This document shows positions 44,265 through 56,200 of a stretch of DNA of 64,000 nt, in pieces (position 1 is the first letter of the stretch; every line of letters starts with the position of its first letter). This DNA is from Eledone cirrhosa (lineage: Eukaryota). The notes below the pieces were generated by a model. The model saw only the letters and a program-made list of their open reading frames with translations, was not told the DNA's origin and ran no database searches. The translations under genes and the position numbers were made by a program. The stretch spans positions 6,262,001-6,326,000 of the forward strand of contig OZ024748.1 in NCBI GenBank assembly GCA_964016885.1, written 5' to 3'.

Positions 44265-44580
44265 CATCCCATGCTCATATCGAAGGGTCAGGGGTCATGG
44301 ATGTGTGGACCAGCATTCTCCATCTTTTCCTGTCTCTTGCCATTACCTTACATTCCGCCAAACATCTTCCTGTCCATTCCTTAATATCATCTGTCCAGCC
44401 CCTTTTCTGCCGTTTCCTTCCCCTTTTCCCCTGTATTCGTCCCTTAAAGAATATGGGTAGTGAAATTTTAGACCCTGATGACATGACCAAAATACTGAAC
44501 TTTCCTTTTCCTTACTGTTTCAACCAACTGCCAGCCCACTCCCCTTATATTAGAGTACATGATACCAAAATTTCACATTA
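44265..44580 (-). mobile_element. 3' end of an RTE-clade LINE
   Basis: LVETVRKRKVQYFGHVIR / GRIQGKRGRKRQKRGWTDDIKEWTG..ARDRKRWR (frameshifted). Confidence 0.85.
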
Positions 44581-45020
44581 GGGGGGGAAATAATTCTGCT
44601 ATGGCTATATAATTTTTCTTATTTATCTTTAATTTCCTTATATAAAATTCATTAAATCTCTCATCACTCAACTACAATTCAAGGTTTGTATCCAAACTAT
44701 ATAGATTTGCATGTGTTTCTTTAACCCTGTATCATTCACCACCATACAAGGACAGCTGCCGATTGTGCACTGATATATATCTAATTTCTAGATTTGTGAC
44801 ACGTCTATTTCTAGTTAAAATTAGTCCACATACCCACAAACACACACACACACACACACAGACAGACGCAGACAAACACACACACAGTCACACATCCACA
44901 CACACACACACGCAGACAAAGTCACAGAGACACACACACGCACACATACACATATACACACATACACACACTTTCGTGTATATATATGTATATCAATGTT
45001 ATATATTGAGTTAAAAACTA

Positions 45021-45078
<58 letters not shown>

Positions 45079-45093
45079 TAAATATATATATAT

Positions 45094-45275
45094 AACAAAG
45101 GAAATGTGGTAAGGAACCAGATGGACCATAACGCACCAGAGTACTCAATACTTAGGGTAGTAGAGTGGGTAATAGGAAAAAGTATGACCCCGACGACAGA
45201 GCTCAAGCCGTTTCGACGGCTATTTCTGGACTCGAAACTGCTTGAGCTCTGCCGTCGGGGTCATACTTTTTCCTA
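45094..45275 (-). mobile_element. HHR fold-back family A copy
   Basis: Long arm on -, short arm on + ending tttttccTA; TA flanks. Confidence 0.9.
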
Positions 45276-45430
45276 TATATATATATATATATATATGGAC
45301 AAGAGAGCAGGCAATAACAATATGAAAAGAAATTTGAGAAAAGTAAGCATATCTTTGACAAAATATATGTATAAAACACGAAGAATATATGTACAGTTGA
45401 TATATTTACACCGAACGGAAAGAGAAGAAT

Positions 45431-45470
45431 GGATTTGACGTTTCGGTTTAAATCCGTTATCAAAACAGAG
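45431..45470 (-). ncRNA. Minimal hammerhead-like motif with a UUGAUAA core, in a TA-anchored insert ~45297-45530
   Basis: Reverse complement: cucuguu UUGAUAA C GG AUUUAAA CC GAAAC GUC aaaucc; stem I weak. Confidence 0.45.
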
Positions 45471-45562
45471 TAAGAAAAGTAAAGAATAAGTAATACAAAA
45501 ACGTGTTGAAAAGTATACCACACTAGAAAGGACTTGTGGCTTAAATTACTACATCCTCCTCC

Positions 45563-45607
<45 letters not shown>

Positions 45608-45609
45608 CC

Positions 45610-45643
<34 letters not shown>

Positions 45644-45692
45644 TCATCATCAGCAGCAGCAACAGCAGCATCATCATCATCACTACCACCAC

Positions 45693-45779
<87 letters not shown>

Positions 45780-45797
45780 CATCATCAATGTCATTAC

Positions 45798-45845
45798 CTT
45801 CACCAATATCATCAATTAAGGTTGAGGTAGATTGGATTGCTATTC
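45798..45845 (-). CDS. Candidate 48-nt exon (phase 1/1; IAIQSTSTLIDDIGE)
   Basis: tag acceptor and gtaatg donor; splices in frame to 43436 to give ...DDIGEDGDPFESG. Confidence 0.3.
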
Positions 45846-45869
45846 CTAGTAGTTTTACCAAATGTGTAG

Positions 45870-45913
<44 letters not shown>

Positions 45914-46377
45914 CTTAAAGGCCATTTTCATCGCCATCTTTAGAGGAATACAAGGCCTCGCAATTTCACTTCCGGTTCACTACACCGCCATAAATCTCTC
46001 TTCTCAAGACGCCGTTTCTTTCTTTCCTCATAGCGATTCCTTATTTTCTCTTCTCCTTCAGCCATCATCATCATCATCATCATCATCATTATCATCACCA
46101 TCATCATCATCATCATCAATGTCGTCATCACCACCATCATCATTATCGCTATCATTACCTTCATTATCGTTATCACTACCACCACCACCATCGTCATCAT
46201 CATCATCACCATCATTATCATCATTATCGTCATCCCCCACCACCATCATCACCATCGTCACCATCACCCCCCCCCCAACACCATCGTCATCATCATAATC
46301 GCTACCACGAAACAAACAACAGCAACAATCAAAGCAAAAACATCAACATCAACAACATCACCATAAAACAACAACAA

Positions 46378-46720
46378 TAATTGTTTCTACTTTAGGCACA
46401 AGGCCAGCAATTACCCCAGTGTATTACTGGTACTTTATTTTATCGACCCCATAAGGATGAAAGGCAAAGTTAACCTCGGCGTGATTTGAACTCAGAATGG
46501 CAAGGGCCGCAACTCCATGCGTCAAAGCATGGCGTCCGACCATCTACCGATACTGCCAATCCACCGAAAATAATAATAATGATAATATAAAACAACAACA
46601 ATAATTGTTTCTACTTTAGGCACAAGGCCAACAATTATCCCAGTGTATTACTGGTACTTTATTTTATCGACCCCGTAAGGATGAAAGGCAAAGTTAACCT
46701 CGGCAGGATTTGAACTCAGA
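46378..46720 (-). mobile_element. Two SINE S1 copies (46378-46565 full, 46603-46720 partial)
   Basis: Reverse complement of the S1 consensus. Confidence 0.85.
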
Positions 46721-46984
46721 TTTCAACAACAATAATGACAACAAGAACAATAACATGACCAATAAGCCAGCAACGGTGTCCCTAAGGGATTGTTCCACCT
46801 GTTAGAAATAACAAGGAACTCTCCCTCGTGGTGTTTTAAGAAACAGGAACACACTGGGTAATGTATGTCTATAATTTAAACTTCATTTCTTCAACCTATC
46901 GCAGAATCTCTTCTTTTCTTCCCCGTCTTCTGTTACTCACTTTCTCACACTCTACCCCTCTCTCTCTACCCAGTTACTCTTCCA

Positions 46985-47029
<45 letters not shown>

Positions 47030-47031
<2 letters not shown>

Positions 47032-47222
47032 GGAAAAAGTATGACCTCGACGGCAGAGCTCAAGCCGTTTCGACGGCTATTTCAGTCCAGAATAGCCGTC
47101 GAAACGGCTCGAGCTCTGCCGTCGGGGTCATACTTTTTCCTATTTCCCATTCTACTACCCTAAGTATTGAGTACTCTGGTGTGTTATGGTCCATCTGGTT
47201 CCTTACCACAATTCCTTTGTTA
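47030..47222 (+). mobile_element. HHR fold-back family A copy
   Basis: Short inverted arm and long arm to ...ttcctttgtta; TA flanks. Confidence 0.9.
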
Positions 47223-47237
47223 TATATATATATATAC

Positions 47238-47268
<31 letters not shown>

Positions 47269-47299
47269 CTGTATACACACACATATATATATATATATA

Positions 47300-47610
47300 T
47301 AATAAATAAATAGATAAAATAAAAATGGCGTAGACATTACAATACATACAATACAGCAGGGGAAACATGATAATAGTACCACTGATGATGTTGCAGATGT
47401 GCAACGAACGAACTTTGTTAGACTATATATATATATTTATATCCGTATTTTTAACGGTTGGTCAATCAATGATAAACATTGATGGCCAAATGAATTAACT
47501 GTGGAGATATAAATGATACAGAAGCGAAAAAGAAAGCCAACCAAACAGTGAGTGTGTTCTGTTATTATTTCTGGCAATAGTATTACAACAATATGACCCT
47601 CCCCAAGTAT

Positions 47611-47617
<7 letters not shown>
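47300..47617 (+). mobile_element. Second copy of family D with hammerhead motif
   Basis: tagtacca CTGATGA T GTTGCA GATG TGCAAC GAACG AA CTT at 47374-47415; collinear with 20256-20570. Confidence 0.75.
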
Positions 47618-47652
<35 letters not shown>

Positions 47653-47765
47653 GAAAGGTATAGAAATTGTTTATATATGTAATATAATCCTTTTCCATAT
47701 AAAGCGTGAAACTAATAAGACTTTTTGTACCTCTGTTTTGTCGTTTCATATATATGTCTGTGTTG

Positions 47766-47856
<91 letters not shown>

Positions 47857-48241
47857 ATGCCCCTAACTTTCTCCAACTCCTACCTCTCACTAACAATCTA
47901 TTCTATCATATTTTGGTATATTTTTTTCATTTTTTTTTTTAACGTTCAACCGATATTTTCATGATTTCAACATTGAACTTCCTTCTTCGATCTTTATTTC
48001 TTTTCTTTCTTTGTCTTTATATACTGCTTAGATAATTATTTCTATGCTATTCTATTTGAGTGATTATAAATATCTTTCTTTTCTTCTCCCTTTTTCGTTC
48101 GTTATTTCTTTCATTTATTCCTTCTGTTTCTATGTCTTTATATCCCTCTATCATCTAGCAAACTCCAGAGTCCAATTATAATAAATATTTGTCTATTGTT
48201 TTACGTGTGTTCATCGTTTTAATAGGCAAGCAACATCTTAC

Positions 48242-48454
48242 AGGAGAATAATATACTTTAAATCTTGAAGAATCTGTCATGGAGGGTTGACTAGATAAGC
48301 AGTACAGATCGTCAATCTGATTACCTCCCCTTATTGTCATTCCTGCCGTAATATTATGTTTTATTACTCGGTCTGGGGCAGGGGATCCAGAAGTTACCAA
48401 ACAAACAAGCAAGACAGCATAACAGAGACCAGTTTGTTCTCTCACCAATTCCAT
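48242..48454 (-). CDS. Candidate first coding exon of a secreted protein (MELVREQTGLCYAVLLVCLVTSGSPAPDR...FKVYYSP)
   Basis: ATG, hydrophobic signal-peptide-like stretch ending in TSG, 71 codons, GTAAGA donor. Confidence 0.5.
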
Positions 48455-48511
48455 TCTACTTGACTGCTGACTGAATGAATAGCTCGCATGTAATGAGAAT
48501 ACGTTCAGAAA

Positions 48512-48815
48512 CCTGCTAGAAATCAAACAAATTTTAGAGGATTCTCTGTGGTGATTCGATAGGCTAGAAATAGCAACCATATTCTCCAGCAAATCAAACC
48601 AATTTTAAAGGGTTCTCTGTGGTGACTCGATATGCTAGAATTAGCCACCATATTCTCCATAAATCAAACCCTTTTTAGAAGTTTCACTGTGGTGACTCAA
48701 TATGCTAGAAATAGCAACCATATTCTCCATCAAATTAAACCAATTGTAGAGGGTTCTCTGAGGTGACTCGATAGGCTAGAAGTAGCCTCCATATTCTCCA
48801 TCAAATCAAACCCTA
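48512..48815. repeat. About 70-bp tandem repeat, about 4 units
   Basis: gctagaa(a)tagc(a/c)accatattctcca..aaatcaaacc recurs at ~48563, 48633, 48705 and 48775. Confidence 0.85.
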
Positions 48816-49999
48816 CTGACTTAGAAAATAACACATTGGATAATGTAGTTGTGACTTCCCTGGCGCATCTCAGTACTTTCCAACATACTTTAAAAGGATT
48901 TTATCTGAATGTATGGAAAAATGGTTGAACTTTTCCCCAGTCTCAAAATAAAGCCCCAAGTAACCCGTTACTCTAGGTTTGGGGCAGATCTATGATGAAA
49001 ACCATTCCTACCATAACCATACCAGATTAGATTATCTAATATATTCATCCTAAAAATTAAAAACAATAAAATATATATAAATAAAAATTAATGTTTTGGG
49101 AGTAATTTGACTGCTATTTCTAGGAAGTTGCGTAAAAGTAGAGGGAAAAGTCGGCTCCTTCATTCACTCCAAAAAGAAACACAACAAAGTATAAAAAAAC
49201 AATGAAAAGTGTCAAGTGTTCCCATCCAAACAAGCTTATTTATACTAAGTTACTAATAAATTGAAATATCACAAATGGTTATATAGTCGAACTATATGCT
49301 GTCAGGTCATATATAATATATTTAAACTGAAGAAGAAGAGAGGAAAATATAGAGAGATAGAGAATCTAGAAACACTAAAATAATGTCCATAATTTATGGC
49401 TGTAATTTTCCCCATATATTTTACATGATTTGTTTGGTGTTTATTTTTATTTTATTTTATTTTTTTTGGCATTTCTTTCCCATTTTCTTACTTGTTCTTA
49501 CAATGTACAACATTCTTATTCAATATTATTGGCTAGAATCCAACAAGAAAAAACAAGAAATTGGAGGAAAGATGTAAAAAAGAAAAAAAGACACGTGAAG
49601 GTGTTGTGGTCGTGTGTAGTAAAATGGCGGGTGTTTAAATAAAAAGTAAGTTGAAATCACAAATGTACGTGAGACACGGGTCGCAGATTGTGTCGGGGGG
49701 TGGGTGAGCTTGGGTCAATAAAGCTAGTGAAATGCTAGGGGTGGTGGGAAGAAGAGATTAATGCAATCAAATTTATTACCATACCATCTTTAGATAAAAT
49801 ACTGATTTCAGACACAAAGACAACAATACTTTTTTCGGGAGGACGTAGACAATTATATCGTCCTCAGTATTTCATTGATAATCTATTAAAGGTGATATGC
49901 AAATTTAAACTCTTTCGAATATAAACTCAAAAAAAAAATATCAGAATAAATATTCCGAGGCATTTTCTTCGGAAGATCTGTCAAGGTTACTTGATAATA

Positions 50000-50607
50000 A
50001 CGTTTCTACTTTTGGCACAAGGCCAGCAATTACCTCAGCGTATTACTGGTGCTTTATTTTATCGACCCCGTAAGGATGAAAGGCACATTTAACCTCGGCG
50101 GGATTTGAACTCAGAACGTATAGGGCCATAACTCCTATGCTGCAAAGCATGGTGTCTGACGCTCTACCGATACTGCAATGATAATTGTTTCTATATTAGG
50201 CACAACGTCAGCAATTTTTGGGAAAGAGAAAGTCGATAAATGGACCTCAGTGCATTACTGGTGCTTTATATATCGACGCCGTAACGATGAAGAGCAAGCT
50301 AACCTCTGCGAGTTTTGAAATCAGAACATAAACTCTATGTGGTGGAGCATGGTGTCCGACTTTCTACCGACACTGCCAGATGGTCGGACACCATGCTTTG
50401 CAACATAGAGTTACGCCCCTTTCTGATCTGAGTTCAAATCCCGCCGACGTTAACTTTGCCTTTCATCCTTACGGGGTCGATAAAATAAAGTACCAGTAAT
50501 GCACTGGGTAATTGCTGGCCTTGTGCCAAAAGTAGAAACAAGGCCAGCAATTACCCAGTACATTACTGGTACTTTATTTTATCGACCCCGTAAGGTTGAA
50601 AGGCAAA
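50000..50607. mobile_element. Four abutting SINE S1 copies (-, -, +, -)
   Basis: Copies at ~50000-50177, 50182-50377, 50380-50538 and 50536-50607. Confidence 0.85.
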
Positions 50608-50901
50608 GAAAGCAATAATAATAATACCTTTTTTGAAGTGTTTAAAAAATTAGCCCACTCCCCTTTTTTGGAACACTTCAAAGGGCCTGCCTACTGGGAA
50701 CATCAATGATCTTCCGACACGTCCTGAATATCTGAGACTGCAGGTAGCGACTTGATTTTCGTTTGGGCAAATTTTCCGGTTAAATAACATCAATGACTGA
50801 GATATCAAGTTCATAAAAATAATGATTATAATTTTCCACACACAGAGAACGTAGGTGATCGACACGGTAATTTAGCGAGCACGAAGAGAATAAAGTGATG
50901 G

Positions 50902-50964
<63 letters not shown>

Positions 50965-51041
50965 GAGGTATTCACTGTAAGTATATATAAAGTATATATA
51001 AAGCAGTGAAGTATATCTCTAATGACTTGATTTAACTTATA

Positions 51042-51087
<46 letters not shown>

Positions 51088-51090
<3 letters not shown>

Positions 51091-51364
51091 ATTAGAATAC
51101 TGGAGCGTGTTGGAGTCAAACACCCTCTTCGTATTATAGAAATGACAGTAAAAAGTTATAGCTCAATGCAGTTAAACAGAGCCAAAAAATTAAGAGAGTA
51201 AAACAAAGAATCCTTTAATACATCAAAAGTTTTTATTAGCCGACAATGTTTCGTCCTATTAATTGCCCTATTTTGATTGCCCTGATGAGTCCTTAATAGG
51301 ACGAAACATTGTCGGCTAATAAAAACTTTTGATGTATTAAAGGATTCTTTGTTTTACTCTCTTA

Positions 51365-51366
<2 letters not shown>
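51088..51366 (-). mobile_element. TA-flanked fold-back insert containing a canonical hammerhead
   Basis: Perfect 74-bp arms 51189-51262 and 51293-51366; the long arm extends to (TA)n at 51088. Confidence 0.85.
51276..51320 (+). ncRNA. Complete canonical type I hammerhead ribozyme
   Basis: AUUGCC CUGAUGA GUCCU UAAU AGGAC GAAAC AUU GUC/GGC(U)AAU; predicted cleavage after 51313. Confidence 0.9.
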
Positions 51367-51396
<30 letters not shown>

Positions 51397-51440
51397 GTAG
51401 GTATGTATGTATTCATGTATGTATGTATGTATATATATAG

Positions 51441-51597
51441 AGAAAAATAGTCAGGACCCCGGCGGCTGAGCTCCGGCCGGATCCACCTATCGAAACGGCC
51501 GGAGCTCAGTCGTCGGTGTCCTGACTCTTTTTCTATTACCCACTCTACTACCCTAAGTATCGAGTACTTTGGTGCGTTATGGTCCATCTACTTTCTT

Positions 51598-51600
<3 letters not shown>
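51441..51600 (+). mobile_element. HHR fold-back family A copy (subfamily ggccggagctcag)
   Basis: Inverted arms and family A 3' tail. Confidence 0.8.
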
Positions 51601-51639
<39 letters not shown>

Positions 51640-51643
<4 letters not shown>

Positions 51644-51846
51644 AACAAGTATGACCCCAACGGCAGAGCTCAAGCTGTTTCGACGGGTAATTTTTTTTTT
51701 TTTTATTTTAGTTCAGAATTAGCCGTCGAAACGGCTTGAGCTCTGCCGTCAGGGTCGTACTTGTTCCTATTACCCACTCTACTACCGTAAGCATTGAGTA
51801 TTTGGTGCGTTATGGTCCATCTGGTTCCTTACCACATTTCCTTCGT

Positions 51847-51848
<2 letters not shown>
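51640..51848 (+). mobile_element. HHR fold-back family A copy
   Basis: Inverted arms with a poly(T) spacer and a full 3' tail; TA flanks. Confidence 0.9.
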
Positions 51849-51924
<76 letters not shown>

Positions 51925-51927
<3 letters not shown>

Positions 51928-52097
51928 ATGTGGTTGACGGCTGGGGGAAAAAGTACTCAATACTGAAGTAGAGGTTTAATATTCATTCTATTAATGTTAA
52001 ATAGTGACTCTTGTTACTCTTGAGTTTCGCCTCTTTATCACAGGGTCATCAGTTCTTGTCTGATGACCCTGTGATAAATGGGCGAAACTCCCGAGTA
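51925..52097 (-). mobile_element. TA-flanked fold-back insert with two back-to-back hammerhead cores
   Basis: CTGATGA on both strands (52046-52052 on -, 52060-52066 on +); stem I UCUUGU/ACAAGA is split between the arms. Confidence 0.8.
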
Positions 52098-52128
52098 TAT
52101 ATGTCTGTGTGTGTGTGCATGCATGTAA

Positions 52129-52168
<40 letters not shown>

Positions 52169-52989
52169 GTATACATATATTCGTTTGTATTTCTGTCTTC
52201 CTGTGTATTAATTTATACCTCTATCTGTCTGTCTGTCTGACTGATTGTCTGTCTACTTATCTATCAATCTATCAACCAACAACAACAACAACAACAACAG
52301 TAGTATCAATAATAACAACAACAGCGAGCATAAGATCTATAAAGAACACAACAATAACATCGAAAAACAAAACATAATATACAATAATATAATATTACGA
52401 AATAAATCTACAAAAACAAAACTAAATATAAGGTTATATAGCTAAAAGGAATGAAAAAAAAAATTAATTTATCTTGAGAAATAAACAAAATGATGAAAAA
52501 TAAAAGAGAAACGTTTCCTTAGACAAGGCTTCTAGACTAGATTACTTAATATGGCAAAGTTTAAAATTTATTTCTCTAGCATCCGCCATTGTTACATCCG
52601 GGACACTAGAATCCGGTGAAAGTTGTACGGAAATTGATGGTGTTAAATCACAGAGTAAGCAGCAGCAGCTCACGTGGTAAAAACTCACAAATAATGACCA
52701 ATCACTGTTGTTGTTGTTGTTGTTGTTGTTGTTGTCATTGTTGTTGTTGTTGCCCTTCTTCTTCTTCTTCTTCGTCGTAGACTTGTTTAGCTGAGGTGTG
52801 GGATTCTGGTGGGTGGTGGGTTTATTTTATTGTTTGTTTGTTGCGTCTTTTTGTGATGATGTTATTGTTGTTGCTTTTGCTGTTGCCGTGTTGGTGGTGT
52901 TGGGTATGGTGATGATGGTGATGATGATCGTGGAGGTAGCGATGGTGTTAGTGATGTTGGTAGTGTTGTTGTTCGTGGTAGTGAAGTGG

Positions 52990-53520
52990 TGGTGGTGATG
53001 GTGGTGAAAGTGATGGTGGTGGTGATGGTGGTGATGGTAGTGTTGTTGGTGTCTCTGTTGTAGTTATTGCTGCTGTTGTTGATGGTGGTGGTGGTGAAAG
53101 TGATGGTGGTGGTGATGGTGATGATGGTAGTGTTGTTGGTGTCTCTGTTGTAGTTATTGCTGCTGTTGTTGATGGTGGTGGTGGTGAAAGTGATGGTGGT
53201 GGTGATGGTGATGATGGTAGTGTTGTTGGTGTCTCTGTTGTAGTTATTGCTGCTGTTGTTGATGGTGGTGGTGGTGGTGGTGAAAGTGATGGTGGTGGTG
53301 ATGGTGATGATGGTAGTGTTGTTGGTGTCTCTGTTGTAGTTATTGCTGCTGTTGTTGATGGTGGTGGTGGTGGTGAAAGTGATGGTGGTGGTGATGGTGA
53401 TGATGGTAGTGTTGTTGGTGTCTCTGTTGTAGTTATTGCTGCTGTTGTTGATGGTGGTGGTGGTGAAAGTGATGGTGGTGGTGATGGTGATGATGGTAGT
53501 GTCGTCGGTGTCTCTGTTGC
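52990..53520. repeat. 90-bp minisatellite, about 6 units
   Basis: gtctctgttg recurs at 53051, 53141, 53231 and onward; GGT copy number varies. Confidence 0.9.
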
Positions 53521-53584
53521 CATGGATTGTACTGCCATTGGTGAATGCGATGGTGAGATCGTGCTGTTAATGTTGCTAGTATTG

Positions 53585-56200
53585 GTAGTGGTGTTCCTGT
53601 TGTAGGTGGTAGTAGTGGTGTTGGTAGTGGTGGTGGTAGTAGTGGTGTTCCTGTTGTAGGTGGTAGTAGTGGTGTTGGTAGTGGTGGTGGTAGTAGTGGT
53701 GTTCCTGTTGTAGGTGGTAGTAGTGGTGTTGGTAGTGGTGGTGGTAGTAGTGGTGTTCCTGTTGTAGGTGGTAGTAGTGGTGTTGGTAGTGGTGGTGGTA
53801 GTAGTGGTGTTCCTGTTGTAGGTGGTAGTAGTGGTGTTGGTAGTGGTGGTGGTAGTAGTGGTGTTCCTGTTGTAGGTGGTAGTAGTGGTGTTGGTAGTGG
53901 TGGTGGTAGTAGTGGTGTTCCTGTTGTAGGTGGTAGTAGTGGTGTTGGTAGTGGTGGTGGTAGTAGTGGTGTTCCTGTTGTAGGTGGTAGTAGTGGTGTT
54001 GGTAGTGGTGGTGGTAGTAGTGGTGTTCCTGTTGTAGGTGGTAGTAGTGGTGGTGGTAGTGGTGGTGGTAGTAGTGGTGTTCCTGTTGTAGGTGGTAGTA
54101 GTGGTGTTGGTAGTGGTGGTGGTAGTAGTGGTGTTCCTGTTGTAGGTGGTAGTAGTGGTGGTGGTAGTGGTGGTGGTAGTAGTGGTGTTCCTGTTGTAGG
54201 TGGTAGTAGTGGTGTTGGTAGTGGTGGTGGTAGTAGTGGTGTTCCTGTTGTAGGTGGTAGTAGTGGTGTTGGTAGTGGTGGTGGTAGTAGTGGTGTTCCT
54301 GTTGTAGGTGGTAGTAGTGGTGGTGGTAGTGGTGGTGGTAGTAGTGGTGTTCCTGTTGTAGGTGGTAGTAGTGGTGTTGGTAGTGGTGGTGGTAGTAGTG
54401 GTGTTCCTGTTGTAGGTGGTAGTAGTGGTGTTGGTAGTGGTGGTGGTAGTAGTGGTGTTCCTGTTGTAGGTGGTAGTAGTGGTGTTGGTAGTGGTGGTGG
54501 TAGTAGTGGTGTTCCTGTTGTAGGTGGTAGTAGTGGTGGTGGTAGTGGTGGTGGTAGTAGTGGTGTTCCTGTTGTAGGTGGTAGTAGTGGTGGTGGTAGT
54601 GGTGGTGGTAGTAGTGGTGTTCCTGTTGTAGGTGGTAGTAGTGGTGTTGGTAGTGGTGGTGGTAGTAGTGGTGTTCCTGTTGTAGGTGGTAGTAGTGGTG
54701 GTGGTAGTGGTGGTGGTAGTAGTGGTGTTCCTGTTGTAGGTGGTAGTAGTGGTGGTGGTAGTGGTGGTGGTAGTAGTGGTGTTCCTGTTGTAGGTGGTAG
54801 TAGTGGTGTTGGTAGTGGTGGTGGTAGTAGTGGTGTTCCTGTTGTAGGTGGTAGTAGTGGTGTTGGTAGTGGTGGTGGTAGTAGTGGTGTTCCTGTTGTA
54901 GGTGGTAGTAGTGGTGTTGGTAGTGGTGGTGGTAGTAGTGGTGTTCCTGTTGTAGGTGGTAGTAGTGGTGTTGGTAGTGGTGGTGGTAGTAGTGGTGTTC
55001 CTGTTGTAGGCGATAGTAGTGGGGTTGGTAGTTGTAGTGGTAGTAGTGGTGTTCCTGTTGTAGGTGGTAGTAGTGGTGTTGGTAGTTGTGGTGGTAGTAG
55101 TGGTGTTCCTGTTGTAGGTGGTAGTAGTGGTGTTGGTAGTGGTGGTGGTAGTAGTGGTGTTCCTGTTGTAGGCGATAGTAGTGGGGTTGGTAGTTGTAGT
55201 GGTAGTAGTGGTGTTCCTGTTGTAGGTGGTAGTAGTGGTGTTGGTAGTGGTGGTGGTAGTAGTGGTGTTCCTGTTGTAGGTGGTAGTAGTGGTGTTGGTA
55301 GTGGTGGTGGTAGTAGTGGTGTTCCTGTTGTAGGTGGTAGTAGTGGTGTTGGTAGTGGTGGTGGTAGTAGTGGTGTTCCTGTTGTAGGTGGTAGTAGTGG
55401 TGTTGGTAGTGGTGGTGGTAGTAGTGGTGTTCCTGTTGTAGGCGATAGTAGTGGGGTTGGTAGTTGTAGTGGTAGTAGTGGTGTTCCTGTTGTAGGTGGT
55501 AGTAGTGGTGTTGGTAGTTGTGGTGGTAGTAGTGGTGTTCCTGTTGTAGGTGGTAGTAGTGGTGTTGGTAGTGGTGGTGGTAGTAGTGGTGTTCCTGTTG
55601 TAGGCGATAGTAGTGGGGTTGGTAGTTGTAGTGGTAGTAGTGGTGTTCCTGTTGTAGGTGGTAGTAGTGGTGTTGGTAGTTGTGGTGGTAGTAGTGGTGT
55701 TCCTGTTGTAGGTGGTAGTAGTGGTGTTGGTAGTTGTGGTGGTAGTAGTGGTGTTGGTAGTGGTGGTGTTAGTAGTGGTGTTCCTGTTGTAGGTGGTAGT
55801 AGTGGTGTTGGTAGTTGTGGTGGTAGTAGTGGTGTTGGTAGTCGTGGTGGTAGTAGTGGTGTTGGTAGTGGTGGTGGTAGTAGTGGTGTTGGTAGTGGTG
55901 GTGGTAGTAGTGGTGCTCCTGTTGTAGGTAGTAGTAATGGTGTTGGTAATGGTGGTGGTAGTAGTGATGTTGGTAGTGGTGGTGGTAGTAGTGGTGTTGG
56001 TAGTGGTGGTGGTAGTAGTGGTGTTGGTAGTGGGGGTGTTAGTAGTGGTGTTCCTGTTGTAGGTGGTAGTAGTGGTGTTGGTAGTTGTGGTGGTAGTAGT
56101 GGTGTTGGTAGTGGTGGTGTTAGTAGTGGTGTTCCTGTTGTAGGTGGTAGTAGTGGTGTTGGTAGTTGTGGTGGTAGTAGTGGTGTTCCTGTTGTAGGTA
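53585..56200. repeat. 54-bp (GGT/AGT)-rich minisatellite, about 48 units, with higher-order structure
   Basis: Unit ggtgttcctgttgtaggtggtagtagtggtgttggtagtggtggtggtagtagt; register holds over 540-bp steps. Confidence 0.95.

Noticed and set aside
48512-48815. CRISPR-like array
   Set aside because: Whole units are repeated with no unique spacers, there are no cas genes, and the context is eukaryotic.
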